From NCBI GenBank assembly GCA_965204375.1, contig OZ241986.1, forward strand, positions 2,272,001-2,336,000: 64,000 nt of DNA, in the 5' to 3' direction. Source of the stretch: Candidatus Latescibacterota bacterium (GTDB taxonomy: Bacteria > Latescibacterota > UBA2968). The translations under genes were made by a program, and so were the position numbers. Numbering within the stretch: the stretch's first letter is position 1; each line of letters opens with the position of its first letter. The notes below the pieces were generated by a model. That model had not been told where the DNA came from and did no database searches. It worked only from the letters and a program-made list of their open reading frames with translations. Positions 49,769-60,500 of the stretch are shown here, piece by piece.

Positions 49769-49831
49769 ATCTGAGCAAGTTTACTCGAAGACCTGACCCA
49801 GAATGGGTTTTTGAATAAAAGGAGATCCATA

Positions 49832-49987
49832 GTGGGTTACTGGCAGATCGCAACAGGGTCCGAAGGCCGCGACTATGCTGAATATTTTTTTCCTACAGAT
49901 CGTTATCCCCGAGATGATACAATAGAAGGAGCACTTGAAGTATTTCGACTACTTCTTCCACAGATTTCAAACAGATCCATATTTTGA
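49832..49987 (+). pseudogene. 51-aa ORF, probably fused termini of an internally deleted gene
   Basis: AAGGAG RBS, GTG; MGYWQIATGSEGRDYAEYF-FPTDRYPRDDTIEGALEVFRLLLPQISNRSIF*. Confidence 0.4.
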
Positions 49988-49993
49988 TTTTTC

Positions 49994-51436
49994 ATGCCCT
50001 ACAACATCCTCCTCATCCTGACCGATCAACAGCGCTGGGACTCCCTCGGTTGTTGCGGTGTAAGCGGCGTACACACCCCCAATCTCGACCGCCTCGCCAG
50101 TGAAGGCACGCGCTACGACCAGTGCTATGTCAACAACCCGATATGCACGCCCAGTCGCGCCAGCCTCTGGACCGGCAAACACCTGCCCGGCCACGGCGTC
50201 TATCGCCTGCACGACGTCTTACCCCAGGATGAAATCCTCTTTCCACATCACCTGCGCGAAGCCGGATACGACACTGCGCTCTTTGGCAAACTCCACGTTG
50301 CCGGTCACATGTGGGAAATGCAATACCGCCACCGCTTCGACGGCTTCAACACCTACGAATGGGCACCCGATCCCAATGGATATCGCGGCTGTGACACCGC
50401 GTACTTCCGCTGGCTTGCGGTACACCACCCCGACATTCTCCAACGCTGGAAACGCGACGGCAACAGCATCGGTCATGTGCGTGCCGAGAGCCACTTCACC
50501 ACCTGGGCCGCCGACCGCACCATCGACTATCTCCACCGCATGCAGGGCACACATCAGCCCTTCTTCTGTTGCATGAGCGTCTTTGATCCGCACAGTCCCT
50601 ATACAAATTATCCCAAAGAATACGCCGATTACCTCGACTTCGATGCCCTGCCCGAACCCTTTGCCGTAGATGAATCCTTTGACCATCGCCCAATCGCACA
50701 CTGGCGAGAGCACAACGGGCGATCTTTCCCCTCAACGGACACCCTGCGCGAAAGCCGCATCGGCTACCACGCGGCCATCACCCTCATCGACGAACAAATC
50801 GGGCGCGTCTTGCAAACACTCGACGACACAAATTTTGCGGACAACACCATCGTCATCTTTGCCAGCGACCACGGCGACATGCTCGGCGACCACGGCCTCA
50901 CCGTCAAAGGCGCATACATGTACGATGCCTGCACCCGGGTGCCCATGATCATCCGCGCACCGGGCACATCCGGCGGTCAAATCATCGACGCGCCCTGCCA
51001 ACTTCACGACATTGCCGCAACCGCACTCGCCATCGCCGGATGCGAACAACCCGACCACATGCCCGATGCATGCGACCTCCTGGACATCAACGCCTTGCAA
51101 CAACGCGGCTATGCCGTCTGCATGCACCGCAACTCGAGCACCACGCGCGGGGGCTATCACAACCCGGAATTGCATATCACCATGTGGCGAGAAAACCGCT
51201 ACAAACTCAGCATCTACCACGCGCCACAACCCGGACCTGACGATTGCCCCGGCGAACTCTTTGACCTGGAAACAGACCCCGACGAAATGAACAACCTCTG
51301 GTTCGACGCCGACATGTCCGACACGCGCGACCAACTCATCCACAAACTCACGACTTTTCTCGTACAACAAGACGCACAGGGACGCGCGAGAGGTAGCGAA
51401 GCCCTGCCACCGGGATTTTGGAAAGATAGCTCATGA
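49994..51436 (+). CDS. Cys-type (FGly) sulfatase
   Basis: TDQQR, CTPSRASLWTG, GKLH, DPHSP, SDHGD. Confidence 0.93.
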   Translation: MPYNILLILTDQQRWDSLGCCGVSGVHTPNLDRLASEGTRYDQCYVNNPICTPSRASLWTGKHLPGHGVYRLHDVLPQDEILFPHHLREAGYDTALFGKLHVAGHMWEMQYRHRFDGFNTYEWAPDPNGYRGCDTAYFRWLAVHHPDILQRWKRDGNSIGHVRAESHFTTWAADRTIDYLHRMQGTHQPFFCCMSVFDPHSPYTNYPKEYADYLDFDALPEPFAVDESFDHRPIAHWREHNGRSFPSTDTLRESRIGYHAAITLIDEQIGRVLQTLDDTNFADNTIVIFASDHGDMLGDHGLTVKGAYMYDACTRVPMIIRAPGTSGGQIIDAPCQLHDIAATALAIAGCEQPDHMPDACDLLDINALQQRGYAVCMHRNSSTTRGGYHNPELHITMWRENRYKLSIYHAPQPGPDDCPGELFDLETDPDEMNNLWFDADMSDTRDQLIHKLTTFLVQQDAQGRARGSEALPPGFWKDSS

Positions 51437-52596
51437 CAAAAACCATCATCATGCCCAAATACGGACTTCAGCAAGACAACGGCACCGTCGTTGAATGGCG
51501 CGTCAAAGAAGGCGACCACGTCAACAAGGGCGACATCCTCCTCGACCTGGAAACAGACAAAGCCCTCTTCGAATACGAATCGCCCGAAAGCGGTTACGTC
51601 CGCAAACTCGTCGCCCAAAACGGCGAAGAAGTGCCAGTGCTCTCGGTCATTGCCATCATCACCGACGAAGCCGACGAAGCCATTGAAGATATAGCACCTG
51701 CGAGCACTGACTCACCCATAGAGGAAACGCGCCAGATAACGGACACCGCAGAGCGAGAACCCGCGCTGGAAGCCCCCACCCAGCGCATCAAAAGATCTCC
51801 TGCCGCCCGTCGCCGCGCCCGTGAACTCAACATTGACCTCGCCAACATCGCAGGCACGGGTCCAGGTGGTCGCATTGTACTCGCCGATGTCGAACTCGCG
51901 GCATCTGCGGCACCATCCTCCACCACACTATCGCGCATGCGCCAGGCCATTGGCAGAACCATGGCCTATAGCAAAAGCACCATCCCGCACTTCTACGTTG
52001 CCACTGAAATCGACATGACCGACGCGGAAACCTGGCGCAAAAACCTCGCAGAAACCGACGCCATCGTGCTCTCTGTCACCGACCTCTTTGTCAAAGCCGC
52101 CGCCGATGCCCTCACCCAATACCCGGCGCTCAACGCCAGCCTCGATGGAGATACCGCCGTTATCGTACACGACACAGTCGATATCGGCCTTGCCGTTGGC
52201 ACCGATGACGGCCTCGTCGTCCCGGTCATCCCAAATGCCGATCGGGCATTCCTGACCGACCTCGCCGACGAACGCACCCGGCGCGTCGATGAAGCCAGGC
52301 AGGGCAGATTGCGCGGCGATGCCAGTGCCACCTTCACCATTTCGAACCTGGGGATGTACGGCATTACATCCTTCACCGCCATTGTCAATCCCCCCGAAGC
52401 CGCCATCTTAGCTGTCGGTGCAGCCATCGCTCGCGTTGTCCCCATCGGCGATCCCATGACCATCGCTGTTCGCCAAATCGCAGAAGTCACACTCTCCGCC
52501 GACCACCGCCTCGTCGATGGGGTGGTCGCGGCTCAATTTTTACAGGCACTAAAACAAAACCTGGAAGACACAAACAAATTGGAAAGTTGGTTGTAA
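51433..52596 (+). CDS. 2-oxoacid/acetoin dehydrogenase E2 (dihydrolipoamide acyltransferase)
   Basis: Lipoyl ETDKA, E3-binding GTGPGGRI, TISNLG, DHRLVDG. Confidence 0.93.
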   Translation: MTKTIIMPKYGLQQDNGTVVEWRVKEGDHVNKGDILLDLETDKALFEYESPESGYVRKLVAQNGEEVPVLSVIAIITDEADEAIEDIAPASTDSPIEETRQITDTAEREPALEAPTQRIKRSPAARRRARELNIDLANIAGTGPGGRIVLADVELAASAAPSSTTLSRMRQAIGRTMAYSKSTIPHFYVATEIDMTDAETWRKNLAETDAIVLSVTDLFVKAAADALTQYPALNASLDGDTAVIVHDTVDIGLAVGTDDGLVVPVIPNADRAFLTDLADERTRRVDEARQGRLRGDASATFTISNLGMYGITSFTAIVNPPEAAILAVGAAIARVVPIGDPMTIAVRQIAEVTLSADHRLVDGVVAAQFLQALKQNLEDTNKLESWL

Positions 52597-52608
52597 AAAG
52601 GAGCCTTT

Positions 52609-53571
52609 ATGTCCCTACCCTCTGAAATCCTGATCAAAATGTACCGCGCCATGCTCCGCATCCGCCGTTTTGAAGAACAAATATGGGAAGTCTATACCGG
52701 CGGCCTCATGCACGGACTCGCGCACCTCTACATCGGCGAAGAAGCCGTTGCCGTGGGCGTTTGCGCCGCACTGCGCGACGACGACTTCATCACCAGCACC
52801 CACCGCGGGCACGGGCACTGCGTTGCCAAAGGTGGGAACCTCGAAGCCATGATGGCCGAAGTGATGGGCCGCGTCACCGGGCACTGCCGCGGCAAAGGCG
52901 GATCCATGCACATCGCCGACATGTCCGTTGGCATCCTCGGCGCAAATGGCATTGTCGGCGGCGGATTTGGCATTGCCACAGGCGCAGCACTCTCAGCCCA
53001 AAAACGCGGCACCGACCAGGTTGCCGTCTGCTTCTTTGGCGACGGCGCCTCCAATCAGGGCATCTTCTTCGAAGTCATGAACTTCGCCGCAATATGGAAA
53101 CTCCCGGTCATCTACGTCTGTGAAAACAACCACTACGGCGAATACACCCCCACCGGAAACGTCACCGCGGGCAAAAGCATCGCCGATCGCTCTCTCCCCT
53201 TCGGCATTCCCAGCACAACCGTAGATGGCAGCGACGCCATTGCCGTGTACGAAGCCACTGCCCGAGCAGTCGAACGCGCCAGAAAGGGCGATGGCGCCAC
53301 ACTCATCGAATGCGACACGTACCGCTATCGCGGGCACCACGTTGGCGATCCCGGAGAAGGCTATCGCACAAAAGAAGAAATCGAATCCTGGATGGCCAAA
53401 GACCCCATCCAGCAACTCCGCACAAAAATACTGGATGACAACATCGCCTCTGGAGCCGAACTCGATGCAGAAGAGCGCGAAGTCGAAAAAGAAATGGAAA
53501 ACGCGCTCGAAGCAGCCAAAGCCGCGCCTTATCCCGATGTTGAGGAGGTCAATCAACATGTCTATGCGTGA
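52609..53571 (+). CDS. TPP-dependent dehydrogenase E1 alpha (AcoA/PdhA-like)
   Basis: HLYIGEEA, STHRGHGH, GGSMH, GDGA...ENN, YRYRGH. Confidence 0.93.
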   Translation: MSLPSEILIKMYRAMLRIRRFEEQIWEVYTGGLMHGLAHLYIGEEAVAVGVCAALRDDDFITSTHRGHGHCVAKGGNLEAMMAEVMGRVTGHCRGKGGSMHIADMSVGILGANGIVGGGFGIATGAALSAQKRGTDQVAVCFFGDGASNQGIFFEVMNFAAIWKLPVIYVCENNHYGEYTPTGNVTAGKSIADRSLPFGIPSTTVDGSDAIAVYEATARAVERARKGDGATLIECDTYRYRGHHVGDPGEGYRTKEEIESWMAKDPIQQLRTKILDDNIASGAELDAEEREVEKEMENALEAAKAAPYPDVEEVNQHVYA

Positions 53572-54547
53572 AATGACTTATGGCGAAGCCGTCAAAGAAG
53601 CCATGGCCGAAGAAATGCGCCGCGATCCCACAGTCTTTCTCATGGGAGAAGATGTCGGCAAAGCGGGTACCGTATTCAAAGTCCTCCTCGGTTTGCACGA
53701 CGAATTTGGCGACGACCGCGTCATCGACACGCCCATTGCAGAAGCGGGTCTCGTCGGCCTCGGCGTCGGTGCTGCGCTTACCGGCTCGCGCCCCATTGTC
53801 GATATCATGTTTGGCGACTTCATAACCCTGGCAATGGACCAGATCGTAAACCAGGCCGCCAAACTGCGCTACATGTCCGGTGGTCAGGCCATCGTGCCCA
53901 TCACCATCCGCTCCACAATGGGTGCGGGGCGCTCCTCTGCCGCGCAGCATTCGCAAAGCTTACACGCCTGGCTCGCGCACATCCCCGGCCTCAAAGTCGC
54001 CATTCCCTCCACACCCGCCGACGCCAAGGGCCTCTTCAAAAGTGCTGTTAGAGACGACAACCCCGTCGTCATTTACGAAGACAAAATGATGTACGCCCTC
54101 AAAGGCATGGTCCCCACAGAAGAAGACTACACCATACCCTTTGGACAGGCCGACATCAAACGCGAAGGCGACGACATCACCCTCATCGCCACATCGAGCA
54201 TGGTCCACGTCGCCCTCGAAGCTGCCGACGCCCTTGCCGAACAGGGCATCAGCGTCGAAGTCGTTGACCCGCGCACCCTCGTTCCGCTCGATAGAGAAAC
54301 CCTCATCGAATCCGTAGTCAAAACCACCCGTGCCGTCATCATCGACGAAGGCTATAAAAGTTTTGGTATCACAGGGGAAATCGCCTCCATCGTCTATAAC
54401 GGCGCCTTTGACTACATCGACGCACCCATCGTTCGCCTCGGCGCAATGGACGTACCTGTACCGTTTAGCAAACCCCTCGAAGACGCCACAATCCCCACGC
54501 CCGAAGATGTAATCAAAGCCGTACAGGACATGAAAATGGACCTCTGA
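53558..54547 (+). CDS. TPP-dependent dehydrogenase E1 beta (AcoB/PdhB-like)
   Basis: MGEDVG, DTPIAE, DQIVNQAAK, AAQHSQS, VVDPRTLVPLD; GAGGAGG RBS before ATG 53558. Confidence 0.93.
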   Translation: MSMREMTYGEAVKEAMAEEMRRDPTVFLMGEDVGKAGTVFKVLLGLHDEFGDDRVIDTPIAEAGLVGLGVGAALTGSRPIVDIMFGDFITLAMDQIVNQAAKLRYMSGGQAIVPITIRSTMGAGRSSAAQHSQSLHAWLAHIPGLKVAIPSTPADAKGLFKSAVRDDNPVVIYEDKMMYALKGMVPTEEDYTIPFGQADIKREGDDITLIATSSMVHVALEAADALAEQGISVEVVDPRTLVPLDRETLIESVVKTTRAVIIDEGYKSFGITGEIASIVYNGAFDYIDAPIVRLGAMDVPVPFSKPLEDATIPTPEDVIKAVQDMKMDL

Positions 54548-54559
54548 CCACCCGGCGCG

Positions 54560-57500
54560 TCAGAACTGCTGCCTGTATTGTAGCAAGATAGCGTGCGTGG
54601 CACGCCCGACAATCGACGCGCGGCGCTCGCCGCTCACCTGCACATCGAGCCGCTCGAACTTCCAATGCGGCCCCAGGCGATAGCTTCTGGTCCCTCGCGT
54701 GGTCGTCATCTCGCCAGAGAGCGTCAGCACCCCGCCAGACGCGAACAGGCCATAGCCCAGGCGGGCATTCAGACGCGCCGCACCAGACCCCGTCGCCTCC
54801 AGACCTTGCCCACGCAGGCCGCGCTCATAGAGCATCCGGATGCCGCTGGCACTATCGCCATAGCCAGGCCCCAGACTGAACGAGAGGCCGCGCCCATCTT
54901 TGCCTGGAATCAACTCGACTTCGATCTGTCCGCTCAATTCCCTGTATCCGCGCCGCACCAGCACGCGCCCGTTGCTCGCCAATGTCAGGCGCTGCACCGC
55001 ATAACTCAGTCCGCTGCCCAATTCTGCCCCACCGCCCGTCTCGCCGTCACCGCCATCGTAGCGTCCCCCCACTTCCAGGGTTGACGACAGCCGCGCCCCG
55101 TTGCCCACAGCGCGATTTTGGGTCGCCTCCAGAGCCATGCGCATGCGGCTGGCATCTACTGTTAGTCCCACGATCCCGGCCCCTTTCAGGCTGCTGTCTG
55201 CCACCTCGAGACTGGTCCACATGGTCTCGCTCTTGAGGCGCAGTCTGGTCGCCCCCAGTGCCACTGCTTGCGTGCTCAGGCCCCCGCCGGCAGTGCGGGT
55301 GTTCACGTCGCTTGATCGGGTGCCGATCTCCAAACCGCCTCTACCATAGCCCGCCGTGATCCACGCCTCCCAGTCGTTTCGCCTCCAGTTCGCGTAGGGA
55401 TGGACGCTGGCGAGGATCAGGTTGTACGCATCGCCGTTCCCTGTGCCCGATAAGTCCAGTTCGCTCAGGCTCCACGCCGCTGCTATCCCGGCGATATAGT
55501 CATTGAAAAGGCGGGCGTCCGCCCCCAGATGGATCGTGAACAGGTCGCCGTTCCAGGCCGCTGCACCGCCGCGACTGGCGAAGTTTCGGTAGTCACCGCC
55601 ACCCCAGAGGGCGAAGGAGGACGCGTACTGCTGTGGTGATGCCGAGTGAGATGCCAGCACGAAATCGCTGCTGTTCATCATGCTCTTAAAGGTGCTATTC
55701 ATCATGTCCTTGAAGATGCTACTCATCATGTGTCGGGAGGTAGATGCATCTCTGTTCAGAGCATAGAATAGGCCAGGCCAGCCGCCGGGTAGCGAGAACA
55801 GACTGGTCGGTAGCTCGGAACCGCCACCGTCTCGCGCTCGCCCGATGCGTCGTGTGATCGCGCCTACGCGCTGATCGGCCAGTGCCCGCGCCAGATCCGC
55901 CAGCAGGGCTGGATTGACCGCGATGTCGTTGTCGGTCACGGTGACTCGCACAGGAGTGGTCGTGGTCACCTCGTCGTAGCCACTGACTACATGGGTGATC
56001 GTGGTACTCTCAGAGTATGCGTCATCGTCCTCTGTGGTGGTCAGGCTCACTGTCTGTGCCCTACTCCATGTATCAGGTGTGAATGTCAGGACACCACTCA
56101 CCCGCGTCACGCCTGTCACATCGCTGGTCGCGCGCACCGTCACAGTACCAGAGGGTCGCGTATCCAGCACCACTGTGTATGTGCCAGTGCCCCCTTCCGC
56201 GATGGTCAGTGCAACTGGCTCTATCGTCACACCAGGCACCCCATCATCCATCACAGCCACCATCACAGGCTCAGCAGTGGTCACACCGTCGTAGCGACTG
56301 ACCACATGGGTGATCATAGTGCTTTCAGAGTATGCATCATCGTCCTGCATGCCAGTGACAGTGATCGTCTGCGCCTCGTTCCAGGTATCAGGTGTGAACG
56401 TCACAGACACTGGTGATATTGTCACTATATCTGTTGTACCGTTGATCGGGGTCACTGTCACAGTACCAGAGGGTCGTGCGTTCAATACCACTGTGTACGT
56501 GCTAAAGCCCCCTTCGGTGATGGTCAATGCGGTGGGAACTACTGTCACACCCCCGTCTGTATCCGTCGGTACCTTATCATTGTCCGCAATCGTCAATTCC
56601 GTATCCGTCACCGCCAGGTCGGTAGCAGAACCACTCATCGAAACCGTTTCTTCCCCCTCTGCTATCGCATCATTTACAGGCGTCAGCGTGAATGTCTCCA
56701 TCCCACTCGTCTGACCAGCCACTATCGTCACTGTGAAATCCGACACTGCACCATAGTCCGTACCTTCTGTTGCGCTGTCACTGCCATCACCCACGCTCAC
56801 TGTCACCGTCGTCGCCACCGTCCGCGCATCCGCATTCAGCGTCGCTGTCACGGTCACCGTCGTCGCGCTGTCATCCTCACCCACCGACGATGGAACCACC
56901 GTCAAAGCCACCGAACTCGAAGCCGTATCATCATCTCTGAGCGTCAACTCTGTATCCGTCGCTGTCAGACCAGACGCGCTACCATTCACCTGAACCGTCT
57001 CATCTCCTTCCGCAACCGAATCATTCACCGGCGTAATCGTAAACGTCCCTGTCCCATCCGTCTGACCCGCTGCGATCGTCACTGTGACGTTACTCACCGG
57101 CCCATAATCGTCTGGCGAAGTCGCTGTCCCATCTGCCACGCTCACCGTCACGGTCGTCGCCACAGGCAGTGCTGAACCATTCAACATCGCTGTCACAGTC
57201 ACCGTCTGAGAACCACCATCCTCCGTCACAATATTCGGACTCAAGCTCAACCCAATCCCTGTCGGTGGCGCATCATTGTCCACGATTTTCAAGGCAGCAC
57301 CCACCACTGTGAAATTCGTCGCTGTGCCCTTGATCGAAACCGTCTCATTACCCTCTGCTATCGAATCGTCCACCGGACTCAGCGTAAACGTTCCCATACC
57401 GCTCGTCTGTTCTGCTCCTATTGTCACCGTGAAATTCGACACTGTATCATAGTCCGTACCCTCGGTGGCACTGTCACTGCCATCACCCACAGAGACCGTC

Positions 57501-60500
57501 ACTGTCGTCGCCACCGTCCTGGCAGATTCATTCAACGTCGCTGTCACGGTCACTGTCGTCGCGCTTGCACCCTCACCAACCTCCGAGGGAGAAACTGACA
57601 ACGCCACCTCAGTCGAAGCCGTATCATCATCAGTAACAGACACCGCCACAGAGTCAGCAGTGGTCACAGAACCATACCCACTCACCGCATGACTGATCGT
57701 AGCACTCTCAGAGTATGCGTCATAGTCCTGAACCCCTGTCACCGTTACCGTCTGTGCCGTGTTCCAGCTAAATGGTGTGAACCTCATAGACACTGGTGAT
57801 ACCCTCGCCACACCCGTCGCACCACTACTCGCACGCACCGTCACAGTACCAGAGGGTCGCGTGTCCAATACCACTGTGTACGTGCCAGTGCCTCCTTCCG
57901 CGATGGTCAGTGCAGTTGGCTCTATCGTCACACCGGGAACCTCATCATCCTTCACAGACACCGCCACAGGATCAGCAGTGGTCACAGAACCATAGCCACT
58001 GACCACATGGGTGATCATGGTGCTCTCAGAGTATGCGTCATAGTCCTGAACCCCTGTCACCGTTACCGTCTGTGCCGTGTTCCAGCTAAATGGTGTGAAC
58101 CTCATAGACACTGGTGATACCCTCGCCACACCCGTCGCACTACTACTCGCACGCACCGTCACAGTACCAGAGGGTCGCGTGTCCAATACCACTGTGTACG
58201 TGCCAGTGCCTCCTTCGGCGATGGTCAATGTGGTGGGAACTACCGTCACACCCCGTTCGTCCGTACCCGTCGTCGCGTCATTGTCCGCAATCGTCAATTC
58301 CGTATTCGTCACCGTCAGATCGGTAGCAGATCCCGTCACTGAAATCTTCTCATCCTCCTCCGCTATCGAATCGTTCACCGGCCTCAGCATGAACATCCCC
58401 GTCCCACTTGTCTGACCAGCCACAATCGTCACTGTGAAGTCATTCACCTCTGTGTAGTCCGTACCCTCTATCGCACTGTCACCGACATCACCCACAGACA
58501 CCATCACCGTCGTCGCCATCGTCCGGGCATCTGCATTCAACGTCGCTGTCACAGTCACCGTCGTCTCGCTGTCACCCTCACCCACTGACGAGGGAACCAC
58601 CTTCAGAACCACCGAACTCGACTGGGTTTCTGTCGGCTCCGTGTCATCGTCTGTAATTGTCAGCGATGTCCCATTCACCGTCAGACCCGGCGTCGAACCC
58701 GTCACCGAAACCGTCTCGCTCCCTTCCACAATCGAATCATTCACTGGCGTAATCGTAAACGTCCCCATACCACTCGTCTGTCCAGCAGCAATTGTCACCC
58801 TGAAGTCAGACACGGTACCATAGTCCGTTCCCTCCGTCGCGCTACCATCTCCCACAGACACCATCACCGTCGTCACCACTGTCCGGGCATCTGCATTCAG
58901 CGTCGCTGTCACACTCACTATCGTTGCGCCGTCACCCTCACCAACTGACGAGGGAACCACCTTCAGAACCACCGAACTCGAAGCCGTCTGAGTTCCAGTT
59001 TCATCCGGCTCCGTATCATTATCCCTGATTGTCAGCGATGTCCCATTCACCGTCAGGCCCGGCGCTGTACCCTGGACAGTCACCGTCTCATCCCCTTCCA
59101 CAATCGAATCATTCACTGGCGTAATTGAAAACGTCCCTGTCCCATTCGTCTGACCCGTTGCTATCGTCACTGTGATCGCGCCCACCGCCCCATAATCGTC
59201 TGGCGAAGTCGCCGTCCCATCCGACACGCTCACCGTTACCGTCGTCACATCAGGCAATGCCGACCCGTTCAACATCGCCGTCACTGTCACCGTCTGTGCT
59301 CCGCCCTCCTCTGTCACGCTCCCCGGGTTCAGGCTCAACTGGATACCCGTTGGTGCCGTGTCATTGTCTGTAATCGTCAGCGACGTTCCGTTCACCGTCA
59401 GACCCGGCGTCGAACCCGTCACCGAAACCGTCTCGCTCCCTTCCACAATTGAATCATTCACTGGCGTAATCGTAAACGTCTCGGTACCACTCGTCTGTCC
59501 AGCAGCAATTGTCACCCTGAAGTCAGACACGGTACCATAGTCCGTGCCCTCCGTCGCGCTGTCACCGGCATCACCCACGCTCACCGTCACCAGCGTCTCC
59601 ACTGTCCGCGCATCTGCATTCAACCTCGCTGTCACGGTCACCGTCGTCGCGCCATCACCCTCACCAACTGACGAGGGAACCACCGTCAAAGACACCGAAC
59701 TCGAGACCGTCGGGGTTTCTGTCGGCTCCGTATCGTCATCCCTGATCGTCAGCGATGTCCCATTCACCGTCAGACCTGACGCACTACCACGCACTGAAAC
59801 CGTCTCATTACCCTCAGCAACCGAATCATTCACCGGCGTAATCGCAAACATCCCTGTTCCACTTGTTTGACCCGTTGCTATCGTCACCGTGAAGTTACTC
59901 ACCGCCCCATAATCGTCTGGCGAAGTCGCCGTCCCATCCGCTACGCTCACCGTCACCGTCGTCGCCACTGTCCGCGCTGACCCGTTCAGCATCGCCGTCA
60001 CAGTCACAGTCTGAGAACCGCCATCTTCTGTCACAGCATTCGGATTCAGACTCAGATCAATTCCCGTCGAAGCCATGTCATTATCGGTAATCGTCAACTC
60101 TGTATCCGTCACCGTCAGATCTGACGTCGAACCCGTCACCGTAACTGTCTCATTACCCTCCGCAAACGAATCATCATTCGGCGTTATGGTAAACGTCCCC
60201 GTCCCATTCGTCTGACCCGCTGCTATCGTCACCGTGACGTCATTCACCGATGCGTAGTCCGTGCCCTCCGTCGCACTATCACTGCCAGCACCCACAGACA
60301 CTGTCACCGTCGTCGCCACTGTCCGCGCATCCGCATTCAGCGTCGCTGTCACGGTCACCGTCGTCGCACTGTCACTCTCACCAACTGACGAGGGTACCAC
60401 CGCCAAAGCCACAGAACTCGAAGCCGTATCATCATCCCTTATTGTCAAACTCGCTGTATCACCTGTCAGACCTGACGCACTACCACGCACCGAAACTGTC

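Noticed and set aside
49769-49830. Possible C-terminal relic of another gene
   Set aside because: Too short to assign in any frame
53225-53557. N-terminal extension of E1 beta in the ORF track
   Set aside because: Overlaps E1 alpha; RBS supports a start at 53558
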